A stretch of DNA of 64,000 nt from Sphingobium sp. (GCF_003248505.1 NZ_QFOA01000003.1:17697-81696), one strand, 5' to 3'. Shown: positions 8,332 through 18,260, counted from the first letter of the stretch. Made by a program: numbers and translations. The notes: a model not told the origin generated them from the sequence alone.

Positions 8332-10980
8332 CTAGTCGCGCTGCCGCTGCGCGGCCAGTTGTTTCAGACGATAGATGTGATCGAGCGCCTCGCGCGGGGA
8401 CAGGGCGTCGGCATCGATCGCTTCGATCGCCTCGACGAGCGGATCGCAGGCGTCTTCCTCCTGCGCGGCGGCGGCGGCGAAAAGGGGCAGGTCGTCGAGA
8501 CCCGCCGCGATGCCGCCGGTCTTCGCCTTGCCCGCTTCGAGCCGCCCGAGAACGTCCTTTGCGCGCCTGAGCACGGCGGGCGGCAGCCCTGCGAGCCGCG
8601 CGACGGCAAGGCCGTAGCTGCGGTCGGCAGGCCCCTGCGCCAGTTCGTGCAGCAGGACGAGATCGCCCTTCCACTCGCGCGCGCGAACATGGTGAAGCGA
8701 CAGCGAAGGCAGGGTTTCGGCGAGCCGGGTGAGTTCGTGATAGTGGGTCGCGAACAGGCAGCGGCAACGATTGACCTCATGCACCGCTTCCACCACCGCC
8801 CAGGCGAGGGCGAGGCCGTCATAGGTCGACGTGCCACGGCCCACTTCGTCCAGGATGACGAAGCTGCGTTCGGTCGCCTGGCTCAGGATCGCGGCGGTTT
8901 CTACCATTTCGACCATGAAGGTCGAGCGTCCCTTCGCCAGATTGTCGGACGCGCCCACGCGGCTGAACAATCGGTCGACCAGCGTCATCGTCGCCGCTTC
9001 CGCCGGGACATAGCCGCCCGCCTGCGCGAGGATGACGATCAGCGCATTCTGCCGCAGAAATGTCGACTTGCCGCCCATATTGGGGCCGGTAACGAGCCAC
9101 AGCCTGTCACTTTGGGACAGGCGGCAATCGTTCGCGACGAAGGGCTGGCCCTCCCGCCGCAGCGCGTCCTCGACCACCGGATGCCGCCCGCCGACGATGT
9201 CGAGGCACTGGCCCGCATGGTCGCCCGCGACGAATTGCGGCCGCGTCCAGCCGCCTTCCGCCGCCCGCTCGGCCAGCGCCGCCGCCACGTCGAGCCGGGC
9301 CAGCGCGTCCGCCGCTCTCGCGATATCGCTCTTACGGTCGAGTACCGCCTCGATCAGCCCTTCCAGATGTGCCGCCTCGGCTACCAGAGCGTGCGCGCCC
9401 GCCTGTGCCACGCGGCCTGCTTCCTCGTGCAGATCGACCGAATTGAAACGCACCGCGCCGGCCAGCGTCTGGCGATGGGTAAAACCGCTGTCGGGGGCCA
9501 TCAGCGTGTCGGCGACGCGCGCGGGTACCTCGACATGATAGCCGAGCACTCCATTGTGCCGGATCTTGAGCGAGGAGATGCCCGTCTGCTCGCGATATTT
9601 CGCTTCCAGCGCCGCGATCGCGCGGCGTCCGTCGCCCGCCATGCGCCGCAGGTCGTCGAGCGCGGGGTCGAAGCCGTCGGCGATATAGCCGCCGTTCGCC
9701 GTCTCGGTCGGGGGAGAGGAGACGAGCGCGCGGGATAGTGCGTCGACCAGCGCGCCATGCCCGTCCAGCGCGGGCAGCAATTGCGCCAGCAAAGGCGGCA
9801 TGTCCGCGATCCGCCCCAGCCGCTCGCGCAGCATTCGCGCTTCGCCGAGCCCGTCGCGCAGCTGCCCCAGGTCGCGCGGGCTGCCTCTCCCCATCGCCAC
9901 GCGCCCCAGCGCCCGCCCGATGTCCGGCAGCGAGCGAAGCGCGCCGCGCAGCTGGTCCCGCAATCCCGCCTCGTCATGCAGCAGCCGGACCAGCCCCAGC
10001 CGCGCCTCGATCGCGGCAAGGTCCAGCAGCGGCGCCGACAGATCCTGCGCCAGCAGCCGTGCGCCCGCGCCGGTCACCGTGCGGTCGATGGCGTGGAGCA
10101 GGCTCCCTGTGCGCGTCCCCGCCGTCGTGGCGACGATCTCCAGGCTCTCGCGCGTCGCGGCGTCGATGGCGACATGCGCGCCCCCCGCCTTGCGCAGCGG
10201 CGGGGCGAGGAAGGGCAGCGTACCCTTGCCCGCATGGTCGAGATAGGCGACGAGGCCGCCCATCGCCGCCAGTTCCGCCCGCCCGAACTGCCCGAACCCG
10301 TCCAGCGTCGCGACCCCGAACAGGCGCTTGAGCGCGTCTTCCGCCTTCGCGCTTGAAAAGGCGGCACGGTCGAACGGATGGCAATCGGGCAGGTCCAGCG
10401 GCGATCCCTGCGCCACCACCGTTTCGCTCGGGCGCAGGCGCGCCAGTTCGGCGGGCAGGTCGCTCACAGGGCAGCACATCGTTTCGAACCGGCCGGTCGA
10501 AATATCCGCCGCCGCGATGCCGACTTCGCCTGTATCGTCGCCGCCCACCTGGGCCAGCGCGACGAGCAGATTGTCCCGCCGGCTGTCGAGCAGGGTCTCC
10601 TCGGTCAGCGTGCCCGCCGTCACGTAGCGTACGATCGCCCGCGCCACGAGCGTCTTGCCGCCCCGCGCCTTGGCTTGCGCGGGGGTTTCGGTCTGTTCGG
10701 CGATGGCGACGCGATGCCCGCCCCGGATCAGCCGGGCGAGATAGGTTTCGGCGCTGTGCACCGGCACGCCGCACATCGGAATGGGCTGCCCGCCATGTTC
10801 GCCCCGGCTGGTCAGCGCGATGTCGAGCGTGGCCGCCGCCATTTTCGCGTCCTCGAAGAACAGTTCGAAAAAGTCGCCCATGCGATAAAAGAGCAGGCAA
10901 TCCTTCGCTTCGTCCTTCAGCGCCAGATATTGCGCCATCATCGGGGTCGGCGGGGGGCTGCTGTCGGACGGGGAAGCCAT
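8332..10980 (-). CDS. mutS: DNA mismatch repair protein MutS
   Basis: Mismatch-binding N-terminus MMAQYLALKDE..FYRMGDFFELFFEDA and Walker A GPNMGGKST. Start set at ATG 10980; the ORF extends to 11130 but that part is not MutS-like. Confidence 0.95.
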   Translation of the reverse strand: MASPSDSSPPPTPMMAQYLALKDEAKDCLLFYRMGDFFELFFEDAKMAAATLDIALTSRGEHGGQPIPMCGVPVHSAETYLARLIRGGHRVAIAEQTETPAQAKARGGKTLVARAIVRYVTAGTLTEETLLDSRRDNLLVALAQVGGDDTGEVGIAAADISTGRFETMCCPVSDLPAELARLRPSETVVAQGSPLDLPDCHPFDRAAFSSAKAEDALKRLFGVATLDGFGQFGRAELAAMGGLVAYLDHAGKGTLPFLAPPLRKAGGAHVAIDAATRESLEIVATTAGTRTGSLLHAIDRTVTGAGARLLAQDLSAPLLDLAAIEARLGLVRLLHDEAGLRDQLRGALRSLPDIGRALGRVAMGRGSPRDLGQLRDGLGEARMLRERLGRIADMPPLLAQLLPALDGHGALVDALSRALVSSPPTETANGGYIADGFDPALDDLRRMAGDGRRAIAALEAKYREQTGISSLKIRHNGVLGYHVEVPARVADTLMAPDSGFTHRQTLAGAVRFNSVDLHEEAGRVAQAGAHALVAEAAHLEGLIEAVLDRKSDIARAADALARLDVAAALAERAAEGGWTRPQFVAGDHAGQCLDIVGGRHPVVEDALRREGQPFVANDCRLSQSDRLWLVTGPNMGGKSTFLRQNALIVILAQAGGYVPAEAATMTLVDRLFSRVGASDNLAKGRSTFMVEMVETAAILSQATERSFVILDEVGRGTSTYDGLALAWAVVEAVHEVNRCRCLFATHYHELTRLAETLPSLSLHHVRAREWKGDLVLLHELAQGPADRSYGLAVARLAGLPPAVLRRAKDVLGRLEAGKAKTGGIAAGLDDLPLFAAAAAQEEDACDPLVEAIEAIDADALSPREALDHIYRLKQLAAQRQRD

Positions 10981-11119
10981 GGCGAAGGCCGATAACGCGA
11001 AGCCGCCCGCGAAACCAGAGCTTCGCGCCGCCCGCAGCAAAATTGCGCGTCTCGCACTTGCCCACAAGAGGATGTTGCCGCTAGGGCCGCCCCATCGTTC
11101 CGTTACAGGGGTGCGCACC

Positions 11120-13381
11120 ATGACCGACACGTCCAGCGTGGAATTTTCCGAGCGCGAGGCGCTGTTCTTTCACTCCACCGGTCGCCCCGGCAAGATCGAG
11201 ATCATCGCGTCCAAACCGATGGCGACGCAGCGCGACCTGTCGCTGGCTTATTCGCCCGGCGTTGCGGTCCCCGTGCGCGCCATCGCCGCGGACCCGGCGA
11301 CCGCCTACGACTATACGGCCAAGGGCAATCTCGTCGCGGTCATCTCCAACGGGACGGCGATCCTGGGCCTGGGCAATTTGGGCGCGCTGGCGTCGAAGCC
11401 CGTGATGGAAGGCAAGGCGGTGCTCTTCAAGCGCTTCGCCGATGTCGATTCCATCGACATCGAACTCAAGACCGAGGATGTCGACCGCTTCATAGACGCT
11501 GTCGAACTGATGGAGCCGAGCTTCGGCGGCATAAATCTGGAAGATATCAAGGCGCCGGAATGTTTCGTCATCGAAACCGCGCTCAAGGAACGGATGAACA
11601 TTCCGGTCTTCCATGACGACCAGCATGGCACGGCGATCATCGCGGCGGCGGGCGTGCTCAATGCCGCGCTCCTGACCGGACGCGACATGAAGGACATGAA
11701 GGTCGTGGTGAACGGCGCGGGCGCAGCGTCGATCAGCTGCACCGAACTCATCAAGGCGCTGGGCGTGCGGCACGACAATGTCATCATGTGCGACAGCAAG
11801 GGCGTGATCTACCAGGGCCGCACCGAAGGGATGAACCAGTGGAAGTCCGCCCATGCGGTGCGGACCGACGCCCGTACGCTGGCGCAAGCGGTGAAGGGCG
11901 CGGACGTGTTCCTCGGCCTTTCGGTCGCGGGCGCGATGACGGCGGACATGGTGACTTCCATGGCCGACCGGCCGATCATCTTCGCGATGGCGAACCCCGA
12001 TCCTGAAATCCTGCCCCCTATCGCGAAGGCCGCGCGTCCCGACGCCATCGTCGCGACGGGTCGGTCGGACTTTCCCAACCAGGTCAACAACGTCCTGGGC
12101 TTCCCCTTCATCTTTCGTGGCGCGCTCGACGTGCGGGCGACGGGCATCAACGAGGCGATGAAGCTCGCCGCCGCCAAGGCCATTGCCGAACTGGCGCGCG
12201 AACGCGTGCCCGAGGAAGTGGCGAAGGCCTATGGCCGCTCGCACAGTTTCGGTCCCGACTATATCATCCCTGCGCCCTTCGACCCGCGCCTGATGGAAGT
12301 CGTGCCCGCCGCCGTCGCGCAGGCGGCGATGGAAACCGGCGTGGCGCAGCGGCCGATCGAGGATATGGCGGCCTATCGCCAGTCTCTGAAGGCGCGGCTC
12401 AATCCCACCACGTCGGTGCTGACCAGCGCCTATGAGATCGCCAAGGCCAACCCCAAGCGCGTCGTCTTTGCCGAAGCGGAGGAGGAGGTGGTGCTGCGCG
12501 CCGCCATCCAGTTCCGCGAACTGGGCTATGGCGTGCCGGTGCTCGTGGGTCGGGGCGAGGTGATGGACAAGCTGCGGGCGCTCGGCGTGCGCGATCCCGA
12601 AAGCTACGAGCTGCACAACAGCGTCAATTCCCCGCTCGTTCCCGACATGGTCGACCTGCTCTACGCCCGGCTTCAGCGGCGCGGCTATCTCCGCCGCGAT
12701 TGCGAGCGCATGGTGAACCGGGATCGCCACATCTTCGGCACGCTGCTGGTCAAGATGGGCGTGGCAGACGCAATGCTGACCGGCATGACGCGCCCCTATG
12801 CGCAGACGCTGCGCGAGGTGAAGCGGGTGATGGACCCGGCGGCGGGCCGATCCCCCTTCGGCATTCATGTCATGGTGGCGAAGGACAAGACGGTGTTCCT
12901 CGCCGACACCACCGTCAACGAACGCCCGACCGCGACCGAACTGGCCGATATCGCGGAAGGGACCGTCGCGGTCGCCCGCCGTATGGGCCACGATCCGCGC
13001 GTCGCCTTCCTGTCCTATTCCAATTTCGGCAATCCGCCCGGCGCGTTCATCGAAAATGTGCGCGATGCCGTGAAGGTCCTGGACGAACGCGGTGTCGATT
13101 TCGAATATGAAGGCGAAATGACGCCCGACGCGGCGCTCAACCCCGCGGTCATGAAGAATTACCCGTTCAGCCGCCTGTCGGGTCCGGCGAACATTCTCGT
13201 CATGCCGGGGCTGCAATCGGCCAATATTTCGGCCAAGCTGCTGCGCGAACTGGGCGGCACGTCGATGATCGGGCCGCTGCTGGTGGGCATGGAAAAATCG
13301 GTGCAGATCGCGACGATGGCGTCGAACGCATCGGAACTGTTGACGCTGGCGGTGCTGGCGGCTGGCGGCATCGCGCTCTAA
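11120..13381 (+). CDS. maeB: NADP-dependent malic enzyme (malic enzyme domain fused to phosphotransacetylase-like domain)
   Basis: 753 aa from ATG 11120. N-terminal malic-enzyme motifs (LSLAYSPGVA, VVNGAGAAS) precede a roughly 330-aa PTA-like C-terminal domain. Confidence 0.92.
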   Translation: MTDTSSVEFSEREALFFHSTGRPGKIEIIASKPMATQRDLSLAYSPGVAVPVRAIAADPATAYDYTAKGNLVAVISNGTAILGLGNLGALASKPVMEGKAVLFKRFADVDSIDIELKTEDVDRFIDAVELMEPSFGGINLEDIKAPECFVIETALKERMNIPVFHDDQHGTAIIAAAGVLNAALLTGRDMKDMKVVVNGAGAASISCTELIKALGVRHDNVIMCDSKGVIYQGRTEGMNQWKSAHAVRTDARTLAQAVKGADVFLGLSVAGAMTADMVTSMADRPIIFAMANPDPEILPPIAKAARPDAIVATGRSDFPNQVNNVLGFPFIFRGALDVRATGINEAMKLAAAKAIAELARERVPEEVAKAYGRSHSFGPDYIIPAPFDPRLMEVVPAAVAQAAMETGVAQRPIEDMAAYRQSLKARLNPTTSVLTSAYEIAKANPKRVVFAEAEEEVVLRAAIQFRELGYGVPVLVGRGEVMDKLRALGVRDPESYELHNSVNSPLVPDMVDLLYARLQRRGYLRRDCERMVNRDRHIFGTLLVKMGVADAMLTGMTRPYAQTLREVKRVMDPAAGRSPFGIHVMVAKDKTVFLADTTVNERPTATELADIAEGTVAVARRMGHDPRVAFLSYSNFGNPPGAFIENVRDAVKVLDERGVDFEYEGEMTPDAALNPAVMKNYPFSRLSGPANILVMPGLQSANISAKLLRELGGTSMIGPLLVGMEKSVQIATMASNASELLTLAVLAAGGIAL

Positions 13382-13423
13382 CCGAGCGTGGACAGGCATA
13401 ATCGACCAAGAGGAGTGAGCCGA

Positions 13424-13918
13424 GTGAGCGACGTGAGTTTCGACAGTGCGACCTTTCGTCGCGTTCTGGGCCATTACCCTACCGGCGTCTGCGTCGTCAC
13501 CGCCGTGGAGGAGGATGGCGCGCCGGTCGGCATGGTCGTGGGGTCCTTCACTTCGGTCTCGCTCGATCCGCCTCTCGTCGCCTTCTTCCCCGCCAAAAGC
13601 TCGACCAGTTGGCCCCGTATCGAAAAGCTGGGCCGTTTTTGCGTCAACATCCTGGCCGCCGACCAACTCGCGCTCTGCCGCCAGATCGCGGGACCGGGGC
13701 AGGACAAGTTCCGCGATGTCGCCCATCGCGCATCGGCCAACGGATCGCCGATCCTCGACAATGTGGTGGCATGGATCGACTGCACGCTCGACGCCGTCCA
13801 CGAAGCGGGGGATCATTATATCGTCCTTGGCCGGGTCGCCGCGCTGGAGGTCGACCGGGCGGAGCGGCCTTTGCTGTTCTTCCAGGGCAGCTATGGCGAA
13901 TTCGCCCTGCTGGACTGA
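13424..13918 (+). CDS. flavin reductase family protein (HpaC/RutF-like)
   Basis: YPTGVCVVTA and GMVVGSFTSVSLDPPLVAF are typical of the flavin reductase domain. AGAGGAG lies 8 nt before GTG 13424. GTG 13388 is an alternative start. Confidence 0.8.
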   Translation: MSDVSFDSATFRRVLGHYPTGVCVVTAVEEDGAPVGMVVGSFTSVSLDPPLVAFFPAKSSTSWPRIEKLGRFCVNILAADQLALCRQIAGPGQDKFRDVAHRASANGSPILDNVVAWIDCTLDAVHEAGDHYIVLGRVAALEVDRAERPLLFFQGSYGEFALLD

Positions 13919-14019
13919 CGCCTCCCGGACACGGACTGGAGGACATAGGGCAGGATATATTACACGTCCTTAACCCTCATGGGTTAAAGCGGGCATTCCT
14001 CTTGTCCCCCGGACCGTCC

Positions 14020-15000
14020 ATGACCGCGCTCCTCGTCACCGTCGACACCGAATTGTCCGCCGCCTTCCAGCGGCGTGGCATGACGCTGGCGGACAATATC
14101 CGCCTGTCGATCCGGGCGGAGGCGGGCGGCCGGGAAACCGGCATCGGCTGGCAGATGGCAACGCTGGAGCGCCACGGTCTCAAAGGCGTCTTCTTCCTCG
14201 ATCCGCTGCCTGCGCTGGTGCACGGAATCGATTTTCTGCGCCCGATCGTGGAGCCAATCGTCGCGCGCGGGCATGAGGTGCAGATGCACATCCACACCGA
14301 ATGGCTGGAATGGGCGAAGGAATCGCCGGTAGGCGGGCGGCTGGGGCGCAACATCGGCGACTTTACCCTTGCCGATCAGGTCGTCCTCCTGAGCCTTGCC
14401 AAGCGATGGCTGGAGGATGCGGGCGCACCGGCGATCCGCGCCTTTCGCGCGGGCAATTTCGGTGCCAACGACGACACGCTGCGGGCGCTGGCGCAGATCG
14501 GCGTCGCCTGGGACAGCAGCGTCAACCCGGCCTATCTCGGGCGCGATTGCGCTATCGCTGCCGATCCCGCGCAGATTGCGCCGCATCGCCTGCATGGCGT
14601 CACCGAACTGCCTGTCTCGGGTATCGCCGACCGTCCCGGCGGCTTTCGCCCGGCGCAGGTGTGCGCCATGTCGGCGGCGGAGATGCGCGCGGGCCTGAGC
14701 CATGCTGTGACCGAGCGGCATCCCGCCTATGTCGTCGTCACCCATAGTTTCGAAATGCTCTCCCGCGACCGGCAGCGGCCCAACGGCACGGTCATGGCCC
14801 GATTCGAAGCGTTGTGCCGCGCGGCAGCCACGCTCCCCGGCGTCACCGCCGCGGGCTTCGCCGATCTCAATCCCGACCCGTCCTCGGAGCCGACGCATCC
14901 GCTGACCCGCGCCGCGCCCGACGGCTGGCGCACCGCGATGCGGCAGGCGCAGCAGGCATGGGCGACATGGCGCTACGAACATAGGCTGGCGCCTGTGTGA
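14020..15000 (+). CDS. polysaccharide deacetylase-like (divergent CE4-fold) protein
   Basis: LLVTVDTE near the N-terminus, then HEVQMHIHTEW and RAFRAGNFG. This is the metal-ligand pattern I associate with divergent polysaccharide deacetylases. Assignment is by motif only. Confidence 0.55.
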   Translation: MTALLVTVDTELSAAFQRRGMTLADNIRLSIRAEAGGRETGIGWQMATLERHGLKGVFFLDPLPALVHGIDFLRPIVEPIVARGHEVQMHIHTEWLEWAKESPVGGRLGRNIGDFTLADQVVLLSLAKRWLEDAGAPAIRAFRAGNFGANDDTLRALAQIGVAWDSSVNPAYLGRDCAIAADPAQIAPHRLHGVTELPVSGIADRPGGFRPAQVCAMSAAEMRAGLSHAVTERHPAYVVVTHSFEMLSRDRQRPNGTVMARFEALCRAAATLPGVTAAGFADLNPDPSSEPTHPLTRAAPDGWRTAMRQAQQAWATWRYEHRLAPV

Positions 15001-16214
15001 GCCAGCATCCGGTCGCTATCGTCATCGGTATGGAAAACGCCATCGCGCTCACCATCGTGCGCGAACTGGGCGCGCATGGCGTGCCCGTCCATGGCGTCGC
15101 CCGCGCGCCGGGGTCGATTGCGCTCGCCTCGCGCCATTGCCGCGACTGGTCGCTGCGGCCGCAGGGCGACCCTGCGGACTGGCTCCCCGCCCTCATCGCG
15201 CGGACTGGCGCGCGTGCGGTGCTGGCGATCTCGGAGGGCGACCTGCTCGCTTTGTCGGCCCTGCCGCCGCGGATCGGCGACTGCGACATCCTCGTCCCCC
15301 GGACAGAGCCGCTCGCCAACGTCATCGACAAGCGCCGCACGCTCGACATCGCGCAGCGGATCGGCCTGCTCGTCCCCCAAACGTGGCAACCTCAAGCGGG
15401 CGAAGACTTCGCCGCCCGCGCCGGGGCCATGCACTATCCGCTCGTCGCCAAATGGGCCAATCCGCCGCAAGTCATGGCGGATCTGGAGCGGGCGGGACTG
15501 GAATGGATCAAGACCGGCTATATCCACACGCCCCGCGAACTGCTGGCGTTGCTCGACCGCTACGCTTCCATCGGGCGCTGGCCGCTGATCCAGCAATATT
15601 GCGGCGGCGTGGGGTTGGGGCAGATGCTTTTCATGGCGAACGGTCGCGCGACATTGCGCTTCCAGCACCGCCGCCTCCACGAATGGCCGCCCGAAGGCGG
15701 CGTATCGACGCTATGCCGTGCCGAACCGGATCGGGATCATGCCGCGCAGATGGCGCTGTCCGAACGGTTGCTGCGCGCGCTCGACTGGAGCGGCCCGGCG
15801 ATGGTCGAATATCGCCATGAGCCAGACACCGGGCGCTATTGGCTGATGGAGGTCAACGGGCGCTTCTGGGGCAGCCTTCCGCTCGCCCACCACAGCGGCG
15901 CGCATTTCGCGTGGGAGGCCTATCGCCGCGCCGTGCTCGGGCAGACGGATGCCCCGCCCCGCCCGCGCGAGGGGGTGCGTGCGCGCTACATGGTGCCCGA
16001 AACCAAAAGGCTGGCCCGCGTCCTGATGAGCCCCGACCGTATCAGCGACCCCTTTTTCCGGCTGACGCCGATGGCCGATTTCGCTGCCTATGTCACAGGC
16101 TTTCTCGACCCGCGCGGGCGCTATTATGTCTTCGCGCCGTCCGATCCCGGCCCGTTCCTGCGCGACATCGGGCAGATGGTCAGGAAAGCCTTGCGCCGGA
16201 ATAATCGCGGATAA
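14997..16214 (+). CDS. ATP-grasp domain protein (COG3919-like carboxylate-amine ligase)
   Basis: N-terminal VAIVIG..ALTIVRELG, then YPLVAKW, then MVEYRHEPDTGRYWLMEVNGRFWGS (E-x-N Mg/ATP site). GTG 14997 overlaps the deacetylase TGA (GTGA). Confidence 0.7.
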   Translation: MSQHPVAIVIGMENAIALTIVRELGAHGVPVHGVARAPGSIALASRHCRDWSLRPQGDPADWLPALIARTGARAVLAISEGDLLALSALPPRIGDCDILVPRTEPLANVIDKRRTLDIAQRIGLLVPQTWQPQAGEDFAARAGAMHYPLVAKWANPPQVMADLERAGLEWIKTGYIHTPRELLALLDRYASIGRWPLIQQYCGGVGLGQMLFMANGRATLRFQHRRLHEWPPEGGVSTLCRAEPDRDHAAQMALSERLLRALDWSGPAMVEYRHEPDTGRYWLMEVNGRFWGSLPLAHHSGAHFAWEAYRRAVLGQTDAPPRPREGVRARYMVPETKRLARVLMSPDRISDPFFRLTPMADFAAYVTGFLDPRGRYYVFAPSDPGPFLRDIGQMVRKALRRNNRG

Positions 16215-16734
16215 GCCGCTTCACCGCCCGCTCGATCCGGGCGAGGCAGGTCGCCATATAGCGATCGTCGAGGCTGTAGGGATCGTGCAGATGCGGCATC
16301 GGCGGGGTCGCCCATTGACCCAGAAGCTGGCGCGGCAGATGCGAAAGGCGGGGATCGGCCGCCAGACGGTGCATCTGCCGCACCTCCATCGCCAGCAGCA
16401 GGTCGCCTTCGCGCGGCGCAAAATCGACGGCATCGACCGCGCGATGATCCCCCATCGCATATCCCAGCGCGCCCGCCGCGACGATCGCCGGTTCGTGCGC
16501 GGGGCGACCCGTGTCCGTCGACAGGCCGAAGGACGCACTTTCAACGCCCTGCGCCCGCGCTACCATGTCGGCAAAGGCGCTGCGGCAGATATTGCCCTGA
16601 CACACGAAGACCAGACGCCGCACCGTTTCGGGCCGGGCAGGGGGAGCGACCGCAGCCAGCCCCAGCGCCGCCTGAGGATAGGACAGTAGCAGGCGCACGA
16701 GCCCGCGAACGGTGCCGAAGGAAGATCGCATCAT
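16180..16734 (-). CDS. low-molecular-weight protein-tyrosine phosphatase family protein
   Basis: P-loop VCQGNICRS (C-X5-R-S) and a downstream DP general-acid motif (LHDPY). 184 aa from ATG 16734. The long ORF to 17256 is rejected. Confidence 0.8.
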   Translation of the reverse strand: MMRSSFGTVRGLVRLLLSYPQAALGLAAVAPPARPETVRRLVFVCQGNICRSAFADMVARAQGVESASFGLSTDTGRPAHEPAIVAAGALGYAMGDHRAVDAVDFAPREGDLLLAMEVRQMHRLAADPRLSHLPRQLLGQWATPPMPHLHDPYSLDDRYMATCLARIERAVKRLIRDYSGARLS

Positions 16735-16952
16735 GTCTGGAATGCCGGGCCTGTTGGGAATGCGCTGTCGGGCCTTGGCGTATATCATCGTCACGTCTTT
16801 GCGGCCATGGCTGCTTTTTCCCGCTTTCGGGCCTTGCGGATTCCCCTTGCCGCCGCTTCGCGCTAGGGAGGCTGCGACTCCCCACCGCGCCCCGCACACA
16901 TCATGCGATGGGCGTTCCTCTCCACGGTCGGATTCCCGGCGGAAGGATGACG

Positions 16953-18260
16953 ATGCCAGCCCCCCGTTTCTCGCTCCGTCGATTGCGCGCCCTGATGCGC
17001 CGCCATGGACCCGAAGCGATGGTGTGGCGTCGGCGCATCGCAATCCTGGGCGGTGCGATCGTAGTCGGCCTCGTCGCGCTCCTGTTCGCGAAGGCGGCGG
17101 ACGATGCCGGTGCCATGTTCCTGCGTTTCGCCCGCCGCTGGTGGTGGGCGCCGCTGATCGTGACGCCGGTGGGCTTTGCCGGTGTCGTCTGGCTGACGCG
17201 TCGCTTCGCTCCTGCCGCCGCCGGATCGGGTATTCCGCAGGTGATGGCCGCGTCACGCGATCCCGATGCCGGGCTCGACCGCCTCGTTTCAGCGCGCACG
17301 GTCGTCGCCAAGCTCGGCCTCACCCTCTCCGCGCTGCTGCTGGGTGCATCGGTGGGGCGCGAGGGGCCGACGGTGCAGGTGTCCGCCGCGATCATGGCCT
17401 ATGCCCACCGCCTGATGGGGATACCGCTGCGCGCCTCTGTCTATATCGCAGGCGGCGCGGCAGGCGTCGCGGCGGCATTCAACACGCCGCTCGCCGGCGT
17501 CGCCTTCGCGATCGAGGAACTGGCCGCCGCCTATGAGCAGCGCATGACGCTGCTGGTGATGGCGGCGGTGCTGATCGCCGGTATGGTCAGCCTCGGCCTT
17601 GCGGGCGATTATGTCTATTTCGGCGTGATGCATCAGACGCTGTCCGTGCAGCAGGCGATACTCGCCGCGCCCGTCGCCGGGATTTTCGGCGGCCTGGCCG
17701 GCGGTCTGTTTTCCCGCGCCATGCTGGCGGCGGGACGGACCGCCTGGTCGCCCATGGCGTGGCTACGCGCCCGCCCGGTTCGATTCGCCGCCTGCTGCGG
17801 GATGGCGGTGGCGCTGATCGGCGTCTCGACGGGCCTCACCTGGGGCACGGGCTACCAGACCGCCAACGCCATGATATCCGGTGCCGACGTGCCTTTATGG
17901 TTCGGCGGCGCAAAGTTCGTGACGACGCTGGCGACGGCGGTTTCGGGACTGCCCGGCGGCATCTTCGCCCCGTCGCTGTCGGTCGGCGCGGGGGTAGGCG
18001 ACATGTTGCGCAGCCTCTTCCCCGCCTATCCTCCCGGCGCCGTCATCCTGCTGGGCATGATCGCCTATTTCACCGGGGTCGTGCGCGCGCCGCTCACCGC
18101 GGTCATCATCATTTCCGAAACTACCGCCAGTCGGGGCCTGCTCCTGCCCCTGCTCGCGACCGCCCTCATCGCCGACTTCACCGCTCAGCTGGTGTGCAAG
18201 GACCGGCTCTATCATGCGCTGTCGCAGAAATTCATGCCGCAGCCGACCAACCCAGCCTGA
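16953..18260 (+). CDS. ClC family chloride channel / H+-Cl- antiporter
   Basis: Selectivity-filter motifs GSGIPQV, GREGPTVQ and GIFAPS, with multiple TM helices. GGAAGG lies 6 nt before ATG 16953. Alternative starts are 16947 and 16908. Confidence 0.88.
   Translation: MPAPRFSLRRLRALMRRHGPEAMVWRRRIAILGGAIVVGLVALLFAKAADDAGAMFLRFARRWWWAPLIVTPVGFAGVVWLTRRFAPAAAGSGIPQVMAASRDPDAGLDRLVSARTVVAKLGLTLSALLLGASVGREGPTVQVSAAIMAYAHRLMGIPLRASVYIAGGAAGVAAAFNTPLAGVAFAIEELAAAYEQRMTLLVMAAVLIAGMVSLGLAGDYVYFGVMHQTLSVQQAILAAPVAGIFGGLAGGLFSRAMLAAGRTAWSPMAWLRARPVRFAACCGMAVALIGVSTGLTWGTGYQTANAMISGADVPLWFGGAKFVTTLATAVSGLPGGIFAPSLSVGAGVGDMLRSLFPAYPPGAVILLGMIAYFTGVVRAPLTAVIIISETTASRGLLLPLLATALIADFTAQLVCKDRLYHALSQKFMPQPTNPA

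Noticed and set aside
16767-16842. Direct repeat TCGGGCCTTG(G)CG occurring twice, about 59 bp apart, in the phosphatase/ClC divergent region.
   Set aside because: It is only a 9-10-nt G+C-rich match, which is likely by chance in this composition. It has no dyad symmetry or clear promoter relationship.
16735-16952. Fluoride (crcB-motif) riboswitch upstream of the ClC gene.
   Set aside because: The leader lacks the conserved GGNGAUG...CUGAUGA-type elements. The protein also has canonical chloride-type filter motifs (GSGIP, GREGP) rather than fluoride-specific ClC features.
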